From NCBI GenBank assembly GCA_938044045.1, contig CALIQN010000110.1, forward strand, positions 1 through 60,581: DNA of 60,581 nt, written 5' to 3'. Of the stretch, positions 47,652 through 56,406 are shown in pieces (the first letter of the stretch is position 1; the number at the start of each line of letters is the position of its first letter). The DNA is from an uncultured Peptococcaceae bacterium. Lineage in GTDB: Bacteria; Bacillota; Peptococcia; Peptococcales; Peptococcaceae. Made by a program: the position numbers and the translations under genes. The notes under the pieces were generated by a model. It searched no databases. It saw only the letters and a program-made list of their open reading frames with translations, and had not been told where the DNA came from.

Positions 47652-48422
47652 ATGAAATTTATCTCATGGAATGTCAATGGTCTCCGTGCGGTTTATCAAA
47701 AAGGTTTTATGGATATTTTTAACGGCTTAGATGCTGATATCTTTGCTTTGCAGGAGACAAAAATGCAACCGGATCAGTTGACCCTTGAGTTAGAGGGTTA
47801 CCATCAATTTTTTAACAGTGCTGAGAAAAAAGGGTATTCTGGCACAGCAATTTTTACCAAAAAAGCGCCTTTGGCAGTGCAAAATGGTATTGGCGTTGCC
47901 GAGCATGACAAGGAGGGGAGGGTGATTACCCTCGATATGGGTGAGTACTATTTTGTGACCACCTATACACCTAATAGCCAAGACAAACTCAAGCGTTTGG
48001 CGTATCGCCTTTCTTGGGAAGAAGCTTGGAAAGCTTATCTCAATAGTTTAAAAGCCCATAAACCAGTGGTGATTTGTGGAGATCTCAATGTCGCCCATAC
48101 AGAAATTGATCTCAAAAATCCAAAAACCAATCGCAAAAACCCTGGTTTTTCTGATGAAGAGCGAGAGGCTTTTACTAGACTTTTGGCAGATGGCTACATT
48201 GATACTTGGCGTTATCAGCACCCTGATACTATTGAAGTGTATTCTTGGTGGAGTTATCGCTTTAAGGCGAGAGAAAAGAATACGGGTTGGCGGATAGATT
48301 ATTTTCTAACGAGTGAGGACTTGCAAGATAAGATCGCCACCACTGCCATACACACGGATATTTTTGGTTCTGATCATTGCCCGGTGGAACTTGTCTTAGA
48401 GGATAAGGAGGGGCTATGCTAA
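47652..48422 (+). CDS. xth: exodeoxyribonuclease III
   Basis: MKFISWNVNGLRA, LQETK and GSDHCPV motifs. Confidence 0.95.
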   Translation: MKFISWNVNGLRAVYQKGFMDIFNGLDADIFALQETKMQPDQLTLELEGYHQFFNSAEKKGYSGTAIFTKKAPLAVQNGIGVAEHDKEGRVITLDMGEYYFVTTYTPNSQDKLKRLAYRLSWEEAWKAYLNSLKAHKPVVICGDLNVAHTEIDLKNPKTNRKNPGFSDEEREAFTRLLADGYIDTWRYQHPDTIEVYSWWSYRFKAREKNTGWRIDYFLTSEDLQDKIATTAIHTDIFGSDHCPVELVLEDKEGLC

Positions 48423-49108
48423 ATCGTTTACAAAGGGACATCCAGTCCATCAAAGAAAGAGATCCTGCAGCGACAGGACTTTTGGATATCTTGCTCAACT
48501 ATCCAGGGCTTCATGCCATTTGGGTACATCGCTTGACTCACAAGCTCTATAAAAGGGGGAACCGAACCCTAGCACGTTTCTTATCACAGATTGCACGGTT
48601 TTTCACCCAAGTGGAAATTCATCCAGGTGCTGTGATAGGTGAAGGACTTTTTATCGACCATGGTTGTGGGATTGTGATTGGTGAGACCACTATTATTGGC
48701 GATAATGTCACGATTTACCAAGGGGTCACTCTAGGGGGAACAGGTAAAGAAACCGGCAAGCGTCACCCGACCATTGGGGACGATGTGATGATTTCTTCCG
48801 GTGCCAAGATATTAGGCAATATTACCATTGGCAGCAATGTCAAAATTGGGGCAGGTTCTGTTGTTTTAAAACACGTACCATCCAATGCGACAGTTGTCGG
48901 TGTGCCAGGGCGAGTCGTGCGTCAAGATGGACAAAAGGTACAAAATCTAATCACCGAGCTAGATCATGGGCATTTGCCAGATCCTATTGGGGATAGCTTG
49001 TACGAGTTGCGCAAGAAAATAAAGAGCCTAGAGATGAGACTAGCAAAGTATGAGAGCGAAAAGAGAGATGCGGAGGGTGAGCATGCAAACGAAACTCAGT
49101 CTGTATAA
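48416..49108 (+). CDS. cysE: serine O-acetyltransferase
   Basis: Hexapeptide repeats. IHPGAVIGEGLFIDHGCGIVIGET. Confidence 0.94.
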   Translation: MLNRLQRDIQSIKERDPAATGLLDILLNYPGLHAIWVHRLTHKLYKRGNRTLARFLSQIARFFTQVEIHPGAVIGEGLFIDHGCGIVIGETTIIGDNVTIYQGVTLGGTGKETGKRHPTIGDDVMISSGAKILGNITIGSNVKIGAGSVVLKHVPSNATVVGVPGRVVRQDGQKVQNLITELDHGHLPDPIGDSLYELRKKIKSLEMRLAKYESEKRDAEGEHANETQSV

Positions 49109-50483
49109 TACTTTAAGCAGACAAAAAGAAATCTTTGTGCCTTTAAAAGAAGGTGAGGTCAGTATTTACGTCTGTGGACCGACGGTGTACAATTACATTC
49201 ATTTGGGTAATGCCCGTCCAATCGTGTTTTTTGACACCTTGAGACGCTATCTGACCTACAAGGGTTTTAAGGTCAATTATGTGTCTAATTTTACTGATGT
49301 CGATGATAAAATCATCAATCGTGCCAATGAGGAGCAAAAAAGCGCCAAGGCAATCGCTGAGTGCTACATCAAAGCCTATTTTGAAGATACGCAAAAGCTA
49401 GGGGTCTTACCGGCGACAAGCCACCCTCGTGTCAGTGACTATATGCAAGAAATCATTGCCTTTGTTGAGGGGCTTATTGAAAAAGGGCATGCCTATGCCT
49501 TAGACAATGGTGACGTTTACTATAGTGTGCGTAGCTATGAGGACTATGGTCGCTTATCAGGACGAGACATTGAGGACTTGAAAAGTGGGGCTAGGGTAGC
49601 CATAGATGAGGGGAAACACGACCCTCTGGATTTTGCCCTTTGGAAAAGTGCCAAGCCAAATGAGCCAAGTTGGCCTTCCCCTTGGGGTGAGGGGCGTCCT
49701 GGCTGGCATATCGAATGCTCTGCCATGAGTCAAGCCTTGCTAGGCAATGCCTTTGACATCCATGGTGGTGGACAAGACCTGATTTTCCCTCATCATGAAA
49801 ACGAGCTTGCCCAAAGTTGTGCTCTTCATGATGGCAAGATGGCAACTTACTGGATGCACAATGGTTTTATTACCATCAATGAAGAAAAAATGAGCAAGTC
49901 TAAGGGGAATTTCTTTCTTTTGAGGGAGATTCTAGAGAAGCATAGACCGGAGGTTGTGCGTTTTTACTTGCTTAGCGTCCATTATCGCAGCCCACTAGAT
50001 TTTGATGATGAAAAGCTCGAAGTGGCGAAAAAAGGCTTAGAACGCATTAAAAACTGTCTGATTGCCTTAGATGAAGTAGAGGGAGAAGGCCAAGGTCAAG
50101 CCGGTGAAACCATTTTGGCAAGCTTAAAGGCGAACTTTGAAAGTGCCATGGATGATGATATTAATACTGCCTTAGCCATCAGTGCCATTTTTGATGCAGT
50201 GCGCGAAATTAATAGCCTCTTAAAAGAAGGTTTGGCAAAAGAGACAGCCCTTGCCTTAAAACAAGGCATTTTGACCTATTTAGAGATTTTAGGCGTCAAC
50301 CTAGAAACAAAAGCAGATGAAGATGGTCTCGTGGATAAACTCATGAATCTTTTAATTGACCTTAGAAAAGAAGCAAGAGCCTCTAAAAATTTTGCCCAAG
50401 CAGATAAAATCAGAGATGAGCTAAAAGCCATCGGCATTACCCTAGAAGATGGTAAAGAAAAAACCATCTGGAAAGTGGATTAA
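49083..50483 (+). CDS. cysS: cysteine--tRNA ligase
   Basis: HLGN (HIGH-type) and KMSKS motifs. Start at ATG 49083 after GGAGGGTGAG. Overlaps the cysE 3' end. Confidence 0.96.
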   Translation: MQTKLSLYNTLSRQKEIFVPLKEGEVSIYVCGPTVYNYIHLGNARPIVFFDTLRRYLTYKGFKVNYVSNFTDVDDKIINRANEEQKSAKAIAECYIKAYFEDTQKLGVLPATSHPRVSDYMQEIIAFVEGLIEKGHAYALDNGDVYYSVRSYEDYGRLSGRDIEDLKSGARVAIDEGKHDPLDFALWKSAKPNEPSWPSPWGEGRPGWHIECSAMSQALLGNAFDIHGGGQDLIFPHHENELAQSCALHDGKMATYWMHNGFITINEEKMSKSKGNFFLLREILEKHRPEVVRFYLLSVHYRSPLDFDDEKLEVAKKGLERIKNCLIALDEVEGEGQGQAGETILASLKANFESAMDDDINTALAISAIFDAVREINSLLKEGLAKETALALKQGILTYLEILGVNLETKADEDGLVDKLMNLLIDLRKEARASKNFAQADKIRDELKAIGITLEDGKEKTIWKVD

Positions 50484-50488
50484 CAAAG

Positions 50489-50530
50489 AAAAATACCCTA
50501 AATCCGTAAAATGGATTTAGGGTATTTTTG
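50489..50530 (+). terminator. intrinsic terminator
   Basis: AAATACCCTAAATCC / GGATTTAGGGTATTT stem followed by a T-run. Confidence 0.88.
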
Positions 50531-50687
50531 ATTGACAGATTTAATAGGTATACGATATAAATATAAGTAAGAAGAGGAAATACTGATGATTGTTCAATCT
50601 TTGTCGTCTTTATCGTAAGCAAACTTTTAGGGAATATCAACCTTTATCTGAATATCGGACTACTTTGTATTTAAGGAGGTTTTTAAG

Positions 50688-51128
50688 GTGAAAACATTTA
50701 TGGGAGTAATGATGTCGTTTGTCTTGATGTTTGGTGGATTTAGTGGTGATAAAGCACCTTTGGAAAGTAACCAGATGCCTGTTGCAGTTGATACAGTCGC
50801 CCCTATGGTACCTTATGTCGCTGATTATTCAGGTCATTTTAGTGTTCAAGTTGGTGAAAGTTGGCAACATCGTTTCCAAGCGAATAAAGCGCTAAAAGAT
50901 AATGGCGCTGTTTTTTTTATAAAATTGACTGAAGTTACTGGTGGCGGTCAGTATAAGGTGATAGCTGTTGGCTCGAAGGGGTATGGTTTTGAGTCCGATG
51001 AGTATTCTGGCAATGCTTCTTTTACGATTAAAGGTATCAATGGCGATGAGGATGTTATAGTGTATGTCATAAATACTTCTGCAAAGATGGTTTCTGGTAA
51101 GGTTCAAATTTCTAGGTGCGCTATTTAA
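50688..51128 (+). CDS. small secreted beta-rich protein, function unknown
   Basis: GTG start 8 nt after AAGGAGG. Signal-like N-terminus. Confidence 0.6.
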   Translation: MKTFMGVMMSFVLMFGGFSGDKAPLESNQMPVAVDTVAPMVPYVADYSGHFSVQVGESWQHRFQANKALKDNGAVFFIKLTEVTGGGQYKVIAVGSKGYGFESDEYSGNASFTIKGINGDEDVIVYVINTSAKMVSGKVQISRCAI

Positions 51129-51233
51129 TAGCATAGCAAATCTTGATTTAACACTATAATGGTCAGTCTGACATGATATATCTTCTCTATTGGAGAGGAA
51201 GAATTTTCTTGTTTGTATAGGTACAAGGTTAAC

Positions 51234-51284
51234 AAAAGTCCCCCATTCAGTGATTTTGATGCTCACTGAATGGGGGACTTTTCG
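51234..51284. terminator. bidirectional terminator hairpin
   Basis: 19-bp stem AAAGTCCCCCATTCAGTGA / TCACTGAATGGGGGACTTT between convergent genes. Confidence 0.8.
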
Positions 51285-51319
51285 TTAGGCTAATACCATG
51301 TACAAGGTATGAACACTAT

Positions 51320-51847
51320 CTATATGATAATTAGCAGGCAATAGCCTTTGTTTGTTGCGCTATTATAAAGGTATGACTTCGTAGAACTTGAGGTGATGTG
51401 ATGACTGTAATACAAGTGTTCTTGATCTGTTTGAGGCATTTTTTCTAAGATGTGCTTTAAGGCAAGTAACTTAACTTTCTTAAACGGCTTGGCCATCACA
51501 AGCTCCATATCAATAAGCTCCAGATAATTTGTGTAGGTTTCTTCAAAACCTTTATCGAGCCTATGTAGTGTGCCAAGTTTTTCTGCACTCTTTAGCGAAA
51601 AAGAATAAATAGTAAAGCGATCGTTTCCAAACCCTATTTCGCTCTGGTATTCATTTTGACACTCAGCTACATTAGTTTGAATTTCTTTGAGATCTTGCAT
51701 TTCTCGACTGACAGTGAGTTCATAAAAAATTCCATTGAGGGGTTCGACGATGATGTTAATGGCATCCAGTCTAATTAGTGCGAGGACATAACATATGATA
51801 ACAGTGCATACAATAAAAGCGACAGTATTATTACTTAAACGTTTCAT
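51320..51847 (-). CDS. N-terminally anchored protein, function unknown
   Basis: 175 aa, one TM. GAGGT RBS. Confidence 0.6.
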   Translation of the reverse strand: MKRLSNNTVAFIVCTVIICYVLALIRLDAINIIVEPLNGIFYELTVSREMQDLKEIQTNVAECQNEYQSEIGFGNDRFTIYSFSLKSAEKLGTLHRLDKGFEETYTNYLELIDMELVMAKPFKKVKLLALKHILEKMPQTDQEHLYYSHHITSSSTKSYLYNSATNKGYCLLIII

Positions 51848-51910
51848 GATTGACTACCTCGGTAGTATTGCTTGATAAGGTGATTAAATTAGTGGCTTGG
51901 CAAGCTTGTC

Positions 51911-52393
51911 TCAAAGGCTAGACGCTTCGAGTGAGAGGGTGCCACTAAAATAGGTACCACTGACAAAGAGGGCGTATTTTCCCTTTTCTAAGGTGATTTT
52001 TTGGGATTTTTCCAAGTCTAAGTGGTAGGTGGTTAAGGTGTTATTGTTCAAATTAACAATCGTTAGCCTTGGTAGGGTATGAAAACAGCTCGTCGTGGAA
52101 ACCGTCAGTGCCATGGGTATGGGATAATCGAGGTCTTTAAAGTGTTCAATACCGATTAAGCCACGGATAGTGTAGTTGATGTGATTGCCTAACTCATCCT
52201 TGAATGAAGTATTATAAGTATTGTCCAATCTTCGCTCATAGTTGGTATAGCTCAGCACATTACTTTTGATAAACTTATCAGGGTCATCTTTATAGTCTGA
52301 GTAAATTTTAATTCTAGGTGTCAGAATCGTTACAGCAAGGGTTATAAGGGTACAGAGCCATAGAAAAGTATCTTTTTTAGGACGTACTAACAT
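51911..52393 (-). CDS. N-terminally anchored protein, function unknown
   Basis: 160 aa, one TM. AGAGG RBS. Confidence 0.6.
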   Translation of the reverse strand: MLVRPKKDTFLWLCTLITLAVTILTPRIKIYSDYKDDPDKFIKSNVLSYTNYERRLDNTYNTSFKDELGNHINYTIRGLIGIEHFKDLDYPIPMALTVSTTSCFHTLPRLTIVNLNNNTLTTYHLDLEKSQKITLEKGKYALFVSGTYFSGTLSLEASSL

Positions 52394-52430
52394 AGGTTAA
52401 AACCTCTGATTTCATTAGTATAGTGGAAAA

Positions 52431-52461
52431 TAAAAAAAACGACTAGAGTTTTCTCTAGTCG
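52431..52461 (-). terminator. intrinsic terminator of the tRNA operon
   Basis: GACTAGAG / CTCTAGTC stem with T8 on the minus strand. Confidence 0.8.
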
Positions 52462-52469
52462 CATTATGA

Positions 52470-52543
52470 TGGCGATACAGGGACTTGAACCCCGGACACT
52501 ACGGGTATGAACCGTATGCTCTAGCCAGCTGAGCTATATCGCC
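52470..52543 (-). tRNA. tRNA-Met (CAT), elongator type
   Basis: Cloverleaf GGCGATATAGCTCAGCTGGCTAGAGC...ACGGTTCATACCCGT...GGTTCAAGTCC. Closely resembles Bacillus elongator tRNA-Met. Confidence 0.9.
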
Positions 52544-52546
52544 ATA

Positions 52547-52619
52547 AGCTGATAACCGGGATTGAACCGGTGACCTCCACCTTACCAAGGTGGCACTCTA
52601 CCGACTGAGCTATATCAGC
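52547..52619 (-). tRNA. tRNA-Thr (GGT)
   Basis: GCTGATATAGCTCAGTCGGTAGAGT, anticodon arm CCACCTTGGTAAGGTGG, T-arm GGTTCAATCC. Confidence 0.9.
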
Positions 52620-52629
52620 AAACAAAAAA

Positions 52630-52702
52630 TTGCGGGGACAGGACTTGAACCTGCGGCCTTCGGGTTATGAGCCCGACGAGCTACCAACTGCTCCACCCCG
52701 CG
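52630..52702 (-). tRNA. initiator tRNA-fMet (CAT)
   Basis: CGCGGGGTGGAGCAG 5' end with a C1-A72 mismatch. Three G-C pairs in anticodon stem TCGGGCTCATAACCCGA. Confidence 0.92.
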
Positions 52703-52714
52703 ACAATAAAAAAG

Positions 52715-52796
52715 ATGGAGGGAGAAGGATTCGAACCTTCGAAGGCAGAGCCAACAGATTTACAGTCTGTCCCCTTTGGCCACTCGGGAACCCCTC
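52715..52796 (-). tRNA. tRNA-Tyr (GTA), long variable arm
   Basis: GGAGGGGTTCCCGAGTGGCCAAAGGGG, anticodon loop CTGTAAA, T-arm GGTTCGAATCC. Confidence 0.9.
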
Positions 52797-52831
52797 CATC
52801 AAGGTATTCACTAGGAATACCAGCGAAATAA

Positions 52832-52860
52832 AGTATATAATATAAAGCTTTAAATGTCAA
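52832..52860 (-). promoter_or_regulatory. sigma-A promoter of the tRNA operon
   Basis: On the minus strand: TTGACA (52860..52855), 17-nt spacer, TATACT (52837..52832). Confidence 0.65.
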
Positions 52861-52921
52861 TACTTTTTCTTAAAAAATTAGAAAAAGGTGAATTTTTTAT
52901 TTTTTAGTCTAAAACCACAGT

Positions 52922-53497
52922 TTAAGCTTCAAAAACTGTGAGTTTTTCTTGGCGTGGTAGTTTGTCTTTTGCTTCTGCAGGGGTGATGACTTTGCCAAAA
53001 GGCATTTGGGCAACGAGTTGATAGTCTTCTGGGACTTGATAGCGTTCCTTGACCCAAGTCTCTATGGCAGGGCCATAATGTTGTAGGCTAGCGCCTAAAT
53101 TAAGGGTAGTAAGGGCATTCCAGATATTGATTTGTGCCATACCATTGGCATGGGTAGCATAGAGGCTAAAAGCATCTTTATAAAGAGGAAAAGACTCTCC
53201 GAGGTTATGAACTGTCTTTTGGTCAATAAAATAAAGGATTGTGCCATTTGCCCTCTTGAAACCGGCCAATTTTTCTTTGTCAAGTTTATTGTCATAGGTG
53301 GCATTGACCTCATCCCAAAAATCCTCACTTGCTTGGTCAAAAAGGAGGATGAGGCGTTGAGACTGCATATTAAAAGCATCTGGAGTGAGGTCAAGAACCT
53401 CCCCAATTAGGGCTTTTACTTGCTCTTTATCAAGACTTGGGTCTTTTTCAAGGGCGTATTCGGAATGTCTTTTTTGTAAAGCATCTATAAATGTCAT
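52922..53497 (-). CDS. nitroreductase family protein
   Basis: 191 aa. N-terminal ALQKRHSEYA-type motif and overall NfsB-like pattern. Confidence 0.75.
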   Translation of the reverse strand: MTFIDALQKRHSEYALEKDPSLDKEQVKALIGEVLDLTPDAFNMQSQRLILLFDQASEDFWDEVNATYDNKLDKEKLAGFKRANGTILYFIDQKTVHNLGESFPLYKDAFSLYATHANGMAQINIWNALTTLNLGASLQHYGPAIETWVKERYQVPEDYQLVAQMPFGKVITPAEAKDKLPRQEKLTVFEA

Positions 53498-53596
53498 TGT
53501 ATTTTCTCTCCTTAATCAGTTATATTACTCCTTGTATACCCAGTGAAAAGACTGATAAAAATAGTTGACGGCTAAAAGTGCTTTAGGGATTTGGAA

Positions 53597-53634
53597 CAAA
53601 AAAAGAAGATGGCGAGTGCCATCTTCTTTTTTTG
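53597..53634. terminator. bidirectional intrinsic terminator
   Basis: AAGAAGATGGC / GCCATCTTCTT stem flanked by A7 and T7. Confidence 0.85.
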
Positions 53635-53641
53635 ACTAAGT

Positions 53642-54244
53642 TTAACCAGCGACATATTGTTCAGAGACCCAACCTTCTACCCCATTTGCGGTGACGACAC
53701 GTACCATGCCATTAGCGCTTTCGTATAGGGTCAGTCCACTACCATCACTAGCTTGGCTAATAATAGCAGAGTTTGGATCAGAGCTAGAACGGACATTTAA
53801 GCTAGCGCCATTACCTGTGGCAACGACGCCATTACGGGTGCTTTGCGCCGGTGTTTGCGGTGTTTGTGTTGTTGTGTTTTGGGTGGTAGTTGCGGTTGTT
53901 TGATTTTGAGTTGTTTTAGGTTGTTCTATGGTTGGTTGCGCTGTAGAAGTAGAAGTCGTAGAGCTTCCATTTTGACCAGTGGTACTTGTGCTACTGTTAG
54001 ATGTACTTGAACTGCTAGAAGAAGAGCTTGAGTTGTTTTTATTTTCAATTTGGCTTTCTGTTTCATCTTCTAGGCCATTTTTAATAGGGGTTTCATCCGT
54101 ATTGGTCGTGGTAACACCTGGTTTGGCATCACCATTTAAGCTATTTGAATTAAAGAGTCCACTAGCAGCACCAATGATGACCCCAAAAACAATACCTACA
54201 CCGATCGCAAACACAATCCCTAAAAAAATATTCTTCTTATTCAT
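53642..54244 (-). CDS. membrane-anchored protein with a Ser/Thr-rich linker and a C-terminal SH3b domain
   Basis: Start at ATG 54244 after AAGGAGG. One TM. Low-complexity S/T/Q tract. C-terminal GASLNVRSSSDPNS...GWVSEQYV. Confidence 0.8.
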   Translation of the reverse strand: MNKKNIFLGIVFAIGVGIVFGVIIGAASGLFNSNSLNGDAKPGVTTTNTDETPIKNGLEDETESQIENKNNSSSSSSSSSTSNSSTSTTGQNGSSTTSTSTAQPTIEQPKTTQNQTTATTTQNTTTQTPQTPAQSTRNGVVATGNGASLNVRSSSDPNSAIISQASDGSGLTLYESANGMVRVVTANGVEGWVSEQYVAG

Positions 54245-55289
54245 TCTTTTCCTCCTTAACTTGGCTATTCTTTCCCAATATATCGAGTTTGCCCGCACCT
54301 AAGATGATGGTGGTTAGAATAATCACAATAAAGAAAAAGCCTTTTTGAGTGGTAAGGGCGCTTAGGATAAGGGCGCTTACTGAAAGCCCAGCTGAGAGGG
54401 CGTAGATGGTTAAGACTGTTCTTTTGTGGCTAAAACCACGCTTTAGAAACTGGTGGTGCAGGTGTGCTTTATCTGCTTCAAAAATAGGTTTACCAGAAAG
54501 CATTCGCCGAACAATGGCAAATAAAGTATCAAATATAGGAACACCCAGGATTAAAATTGGGATACAGACACTAATAAAAGTTAGACTTTTTGCAGCTGCC
54601 ATGAGCGAGCTGACACCTAAGGCATAACCAAGAAACATCGAACCCGTATCGCCCATAAAAATAGAGGCGGGATTGAAGTTGTAAGGCAAAAAACCCAAGG
54701 AAGCACCAAGCAAGGCGAAAAGAATCACTGCAAGGAGGATATCTTTATTAAAAAACGCTAAGATACCCATTGTCAAGGCTGCAATAGCAGAAAGACCACT
54801 GGCTAAACCATCTAGTCCATCAATGAGGTTAATAGCATTAATGATACCGATAATCCAAATAATCGTCAGAGGGATAGCAAACCATTCTGCTAGAGGCAGG
54901 ATATTGCCTTCATAATTAAAGACATTGGTCACATAGTCGATACGTGTACCAAAGATAGCAACGATACTGGCAGCGATAATCTGACCAAATAGTTTAACTT
55001 TTGCAGGGAGTTCTTTCATGTCATCAATCACACCGACAACAAAAAGGACTAAGGCACCGGCAAAGAAAGGTAAAAGCACTCGATGATTTTCTATGGTCAA
55101 AAAGAGTGCGAGCCAAAATCCACAAAAGATGGAGACGCCACCTAGCCGTGGCATAATTTTTTGATGTACTTTTCGAGCATTGGGTTTATCTACTGCGCCT
55201 AAGAGAAAGGCAAGACGCTTAGCAACAGGCACTAAAAGAAAGCTAAAGATAAAACTCAACCCAAGTGCCCACAAGATGCTAGTGAGCAT
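54237..55289 (-). CDS. tagO: undecaprenyl-phosphate GlcNAc-1-phosphate transferase (WecA/TagO, MraY-like)
   Basis: 10-11 TM. NAINLIDGLDGLA and FMGDTGS motifs. Confidence 0.9.
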   Translation of the reverse strand: MLTSILWALGLSFIFSFLLVPVAKRLAFLLGAVDKPNARKVHQKIMPRLGGVSIFCGFWLALFLTIENHRVLLPFFAGALVLFVVGVIDDMKELPAKVKLFGQIIAASIVAIFGTRIDYVTNVFNYEGNILPLAEWFAIPLTIIWIIGIINAINLIDGLDGLASGLSAIAALTMGILAFFNKDILLAVILFALLGASLGFLPYNFNPASIFMGDTGSMFLGYALGVSSLMAAAKSLTFISVCIPILILGVPIFDTLFAIVRRMLSGKPIFEADKAHLHHQFLKRGFSHKRTVLTIYALSAGLSVSALILSALTTQKGFFFIVIILTTIILGAGKLDILGKNSQVKEEKNE

Positions 55290-55359
55290 GACTTCCCTCC
55301 TATAAAATATTCCTTATAATTTTAATGGTTTTATGTTTTGATAGCAAGAATAAAAATGA

Positions 55360-56406
55360 TTATTTTAACAAATTGAGAGCAATTCTTGCAGATTCATGTG
55401 CACTTTGTTGATAGTTGGCTAGGTTTTCTTGATAAGTTTGAGCGGTAAATAAGTGATGCTTGATGTGATAAATAAGATTTTCTGTGGTGAGGATGTCTAA
55501 GTCAATACTATTAGGATTACCTATCATGTGCATAAAACTCGCACATTTTGGATCATAGCTTAGGGCAAGTAGTGGTTTTTTTTGTGCTGCTGCCATGATG
55601 AGTCCATGTAGTCTCATGGCAATGGTTGCATCTGCTTGAGAAAAGATTGCCATCAGTTCATCGATAGTGTAGTTGCCTTTTAAGATTTCTACAGGACTTT
55701 GACACTCTTTTTGGATGAGTTTGGCAAAGCTATCATCGCTACCAAGATGAAGCGGTAAAAGTAGGATTTGATATTCCTCGCTCAGTGCATCAATAGCATG
55801 AGAAAAGAGGCTAGGTGAGAGGTTTTTCCATCCTCTTAGGGCAAAGATAAGAGTCTTTTTATAAGGGTCTTTGACAAACATTTCATGATCAACTTTATTG
55901 GTATAGCCCAGGACAGGGTCAAAGACAAGCTCACTTTTAGGCATATTATTGCCTAAGCTTTCAAAGAGTGTTTGAGATTCCTTATCTCTAAAAGTTGCCT
56001 GGTTGACATGTTTTAGGATGAGACCAGAAATATGGCGATTGAAAGGTAAATTGATCGGGCCAAGACCTTGAGCATAAATCATAGTAGGTTTTTTAAGGAA
56101 CTTGGCAAATAGAATGATAGCAAGGTAGTAATACAAGCCATATTTACTACTGACATCCTGTAAAAGAGAGCCACCACCACTGATGAGGAGATCAGCATTT
56201 TTTAAGGTTTTTAAAATAGGTAATAACTTCCAACGATTGACAGCACTAACCTGATAGGTTAGTGCTGTTTTTTCTGGTTGATTGGAAAGTACAACAATAT
56301 TTAACTGAGGGGCAAGGGCACGAAGATCAGAGATGATACTCTTACAAACTGCTTCATCTCCGGCATTATCAAAGCCATAATAACCACTTAAAACGACTGT
56401 TTTCAT
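55360..56406 (-). CDS. csaB: polysaccharide pyruvyl transferase CsaB
   Basis: GYYGFDNAGDEA N-terminus, GGGSLLQD, MRLHGLIMA. Confidence 0.88.
   Translation of the reverse strand: MKTVVLSGYYGFDNAGDEAVCKSIISDLRALAPQLNIVVLSNQPEKTALTYQVSAVNRWKLLPILKTLKNADLLISGGGSLLQDVSSKYGLYYYLAIILFAKFLKKPTMIYAQGLGPINLPFNRHISGLILKHVNQATFRDKESQTLFESLGNNMPKSELVFDPVLGYTNKVDHEMFVKDPYKKTLIFALRGWKNLSPSLFSHAIDALSEEYQILLLPLHLGSDDSFAKLIQKECQSPVEILKGNYTIDELMAIFSQADATIAMRLHGLIMAAAQKKPLLALSYDPKCASFMHMIGNPNSIDLDILTTENLIYHIKHHLFTAQTYQENLANYQQSAHESARIALNLLK

Noticed and set aside
47636-48415. Expected T-box leader upstream of cysE-cysS
   Set aside because: cysE overlaps the xth stop codon, so there is no room for a leader. No T-box specifier or T-box sequence was seen.
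52630-52845. 71-aa plus-strand ORF from the ORF track
   Set aside because: It lies entirely antisense to the fMet and Tyr tRNA genes. Its open frame is a by-product of tRNA sequence.
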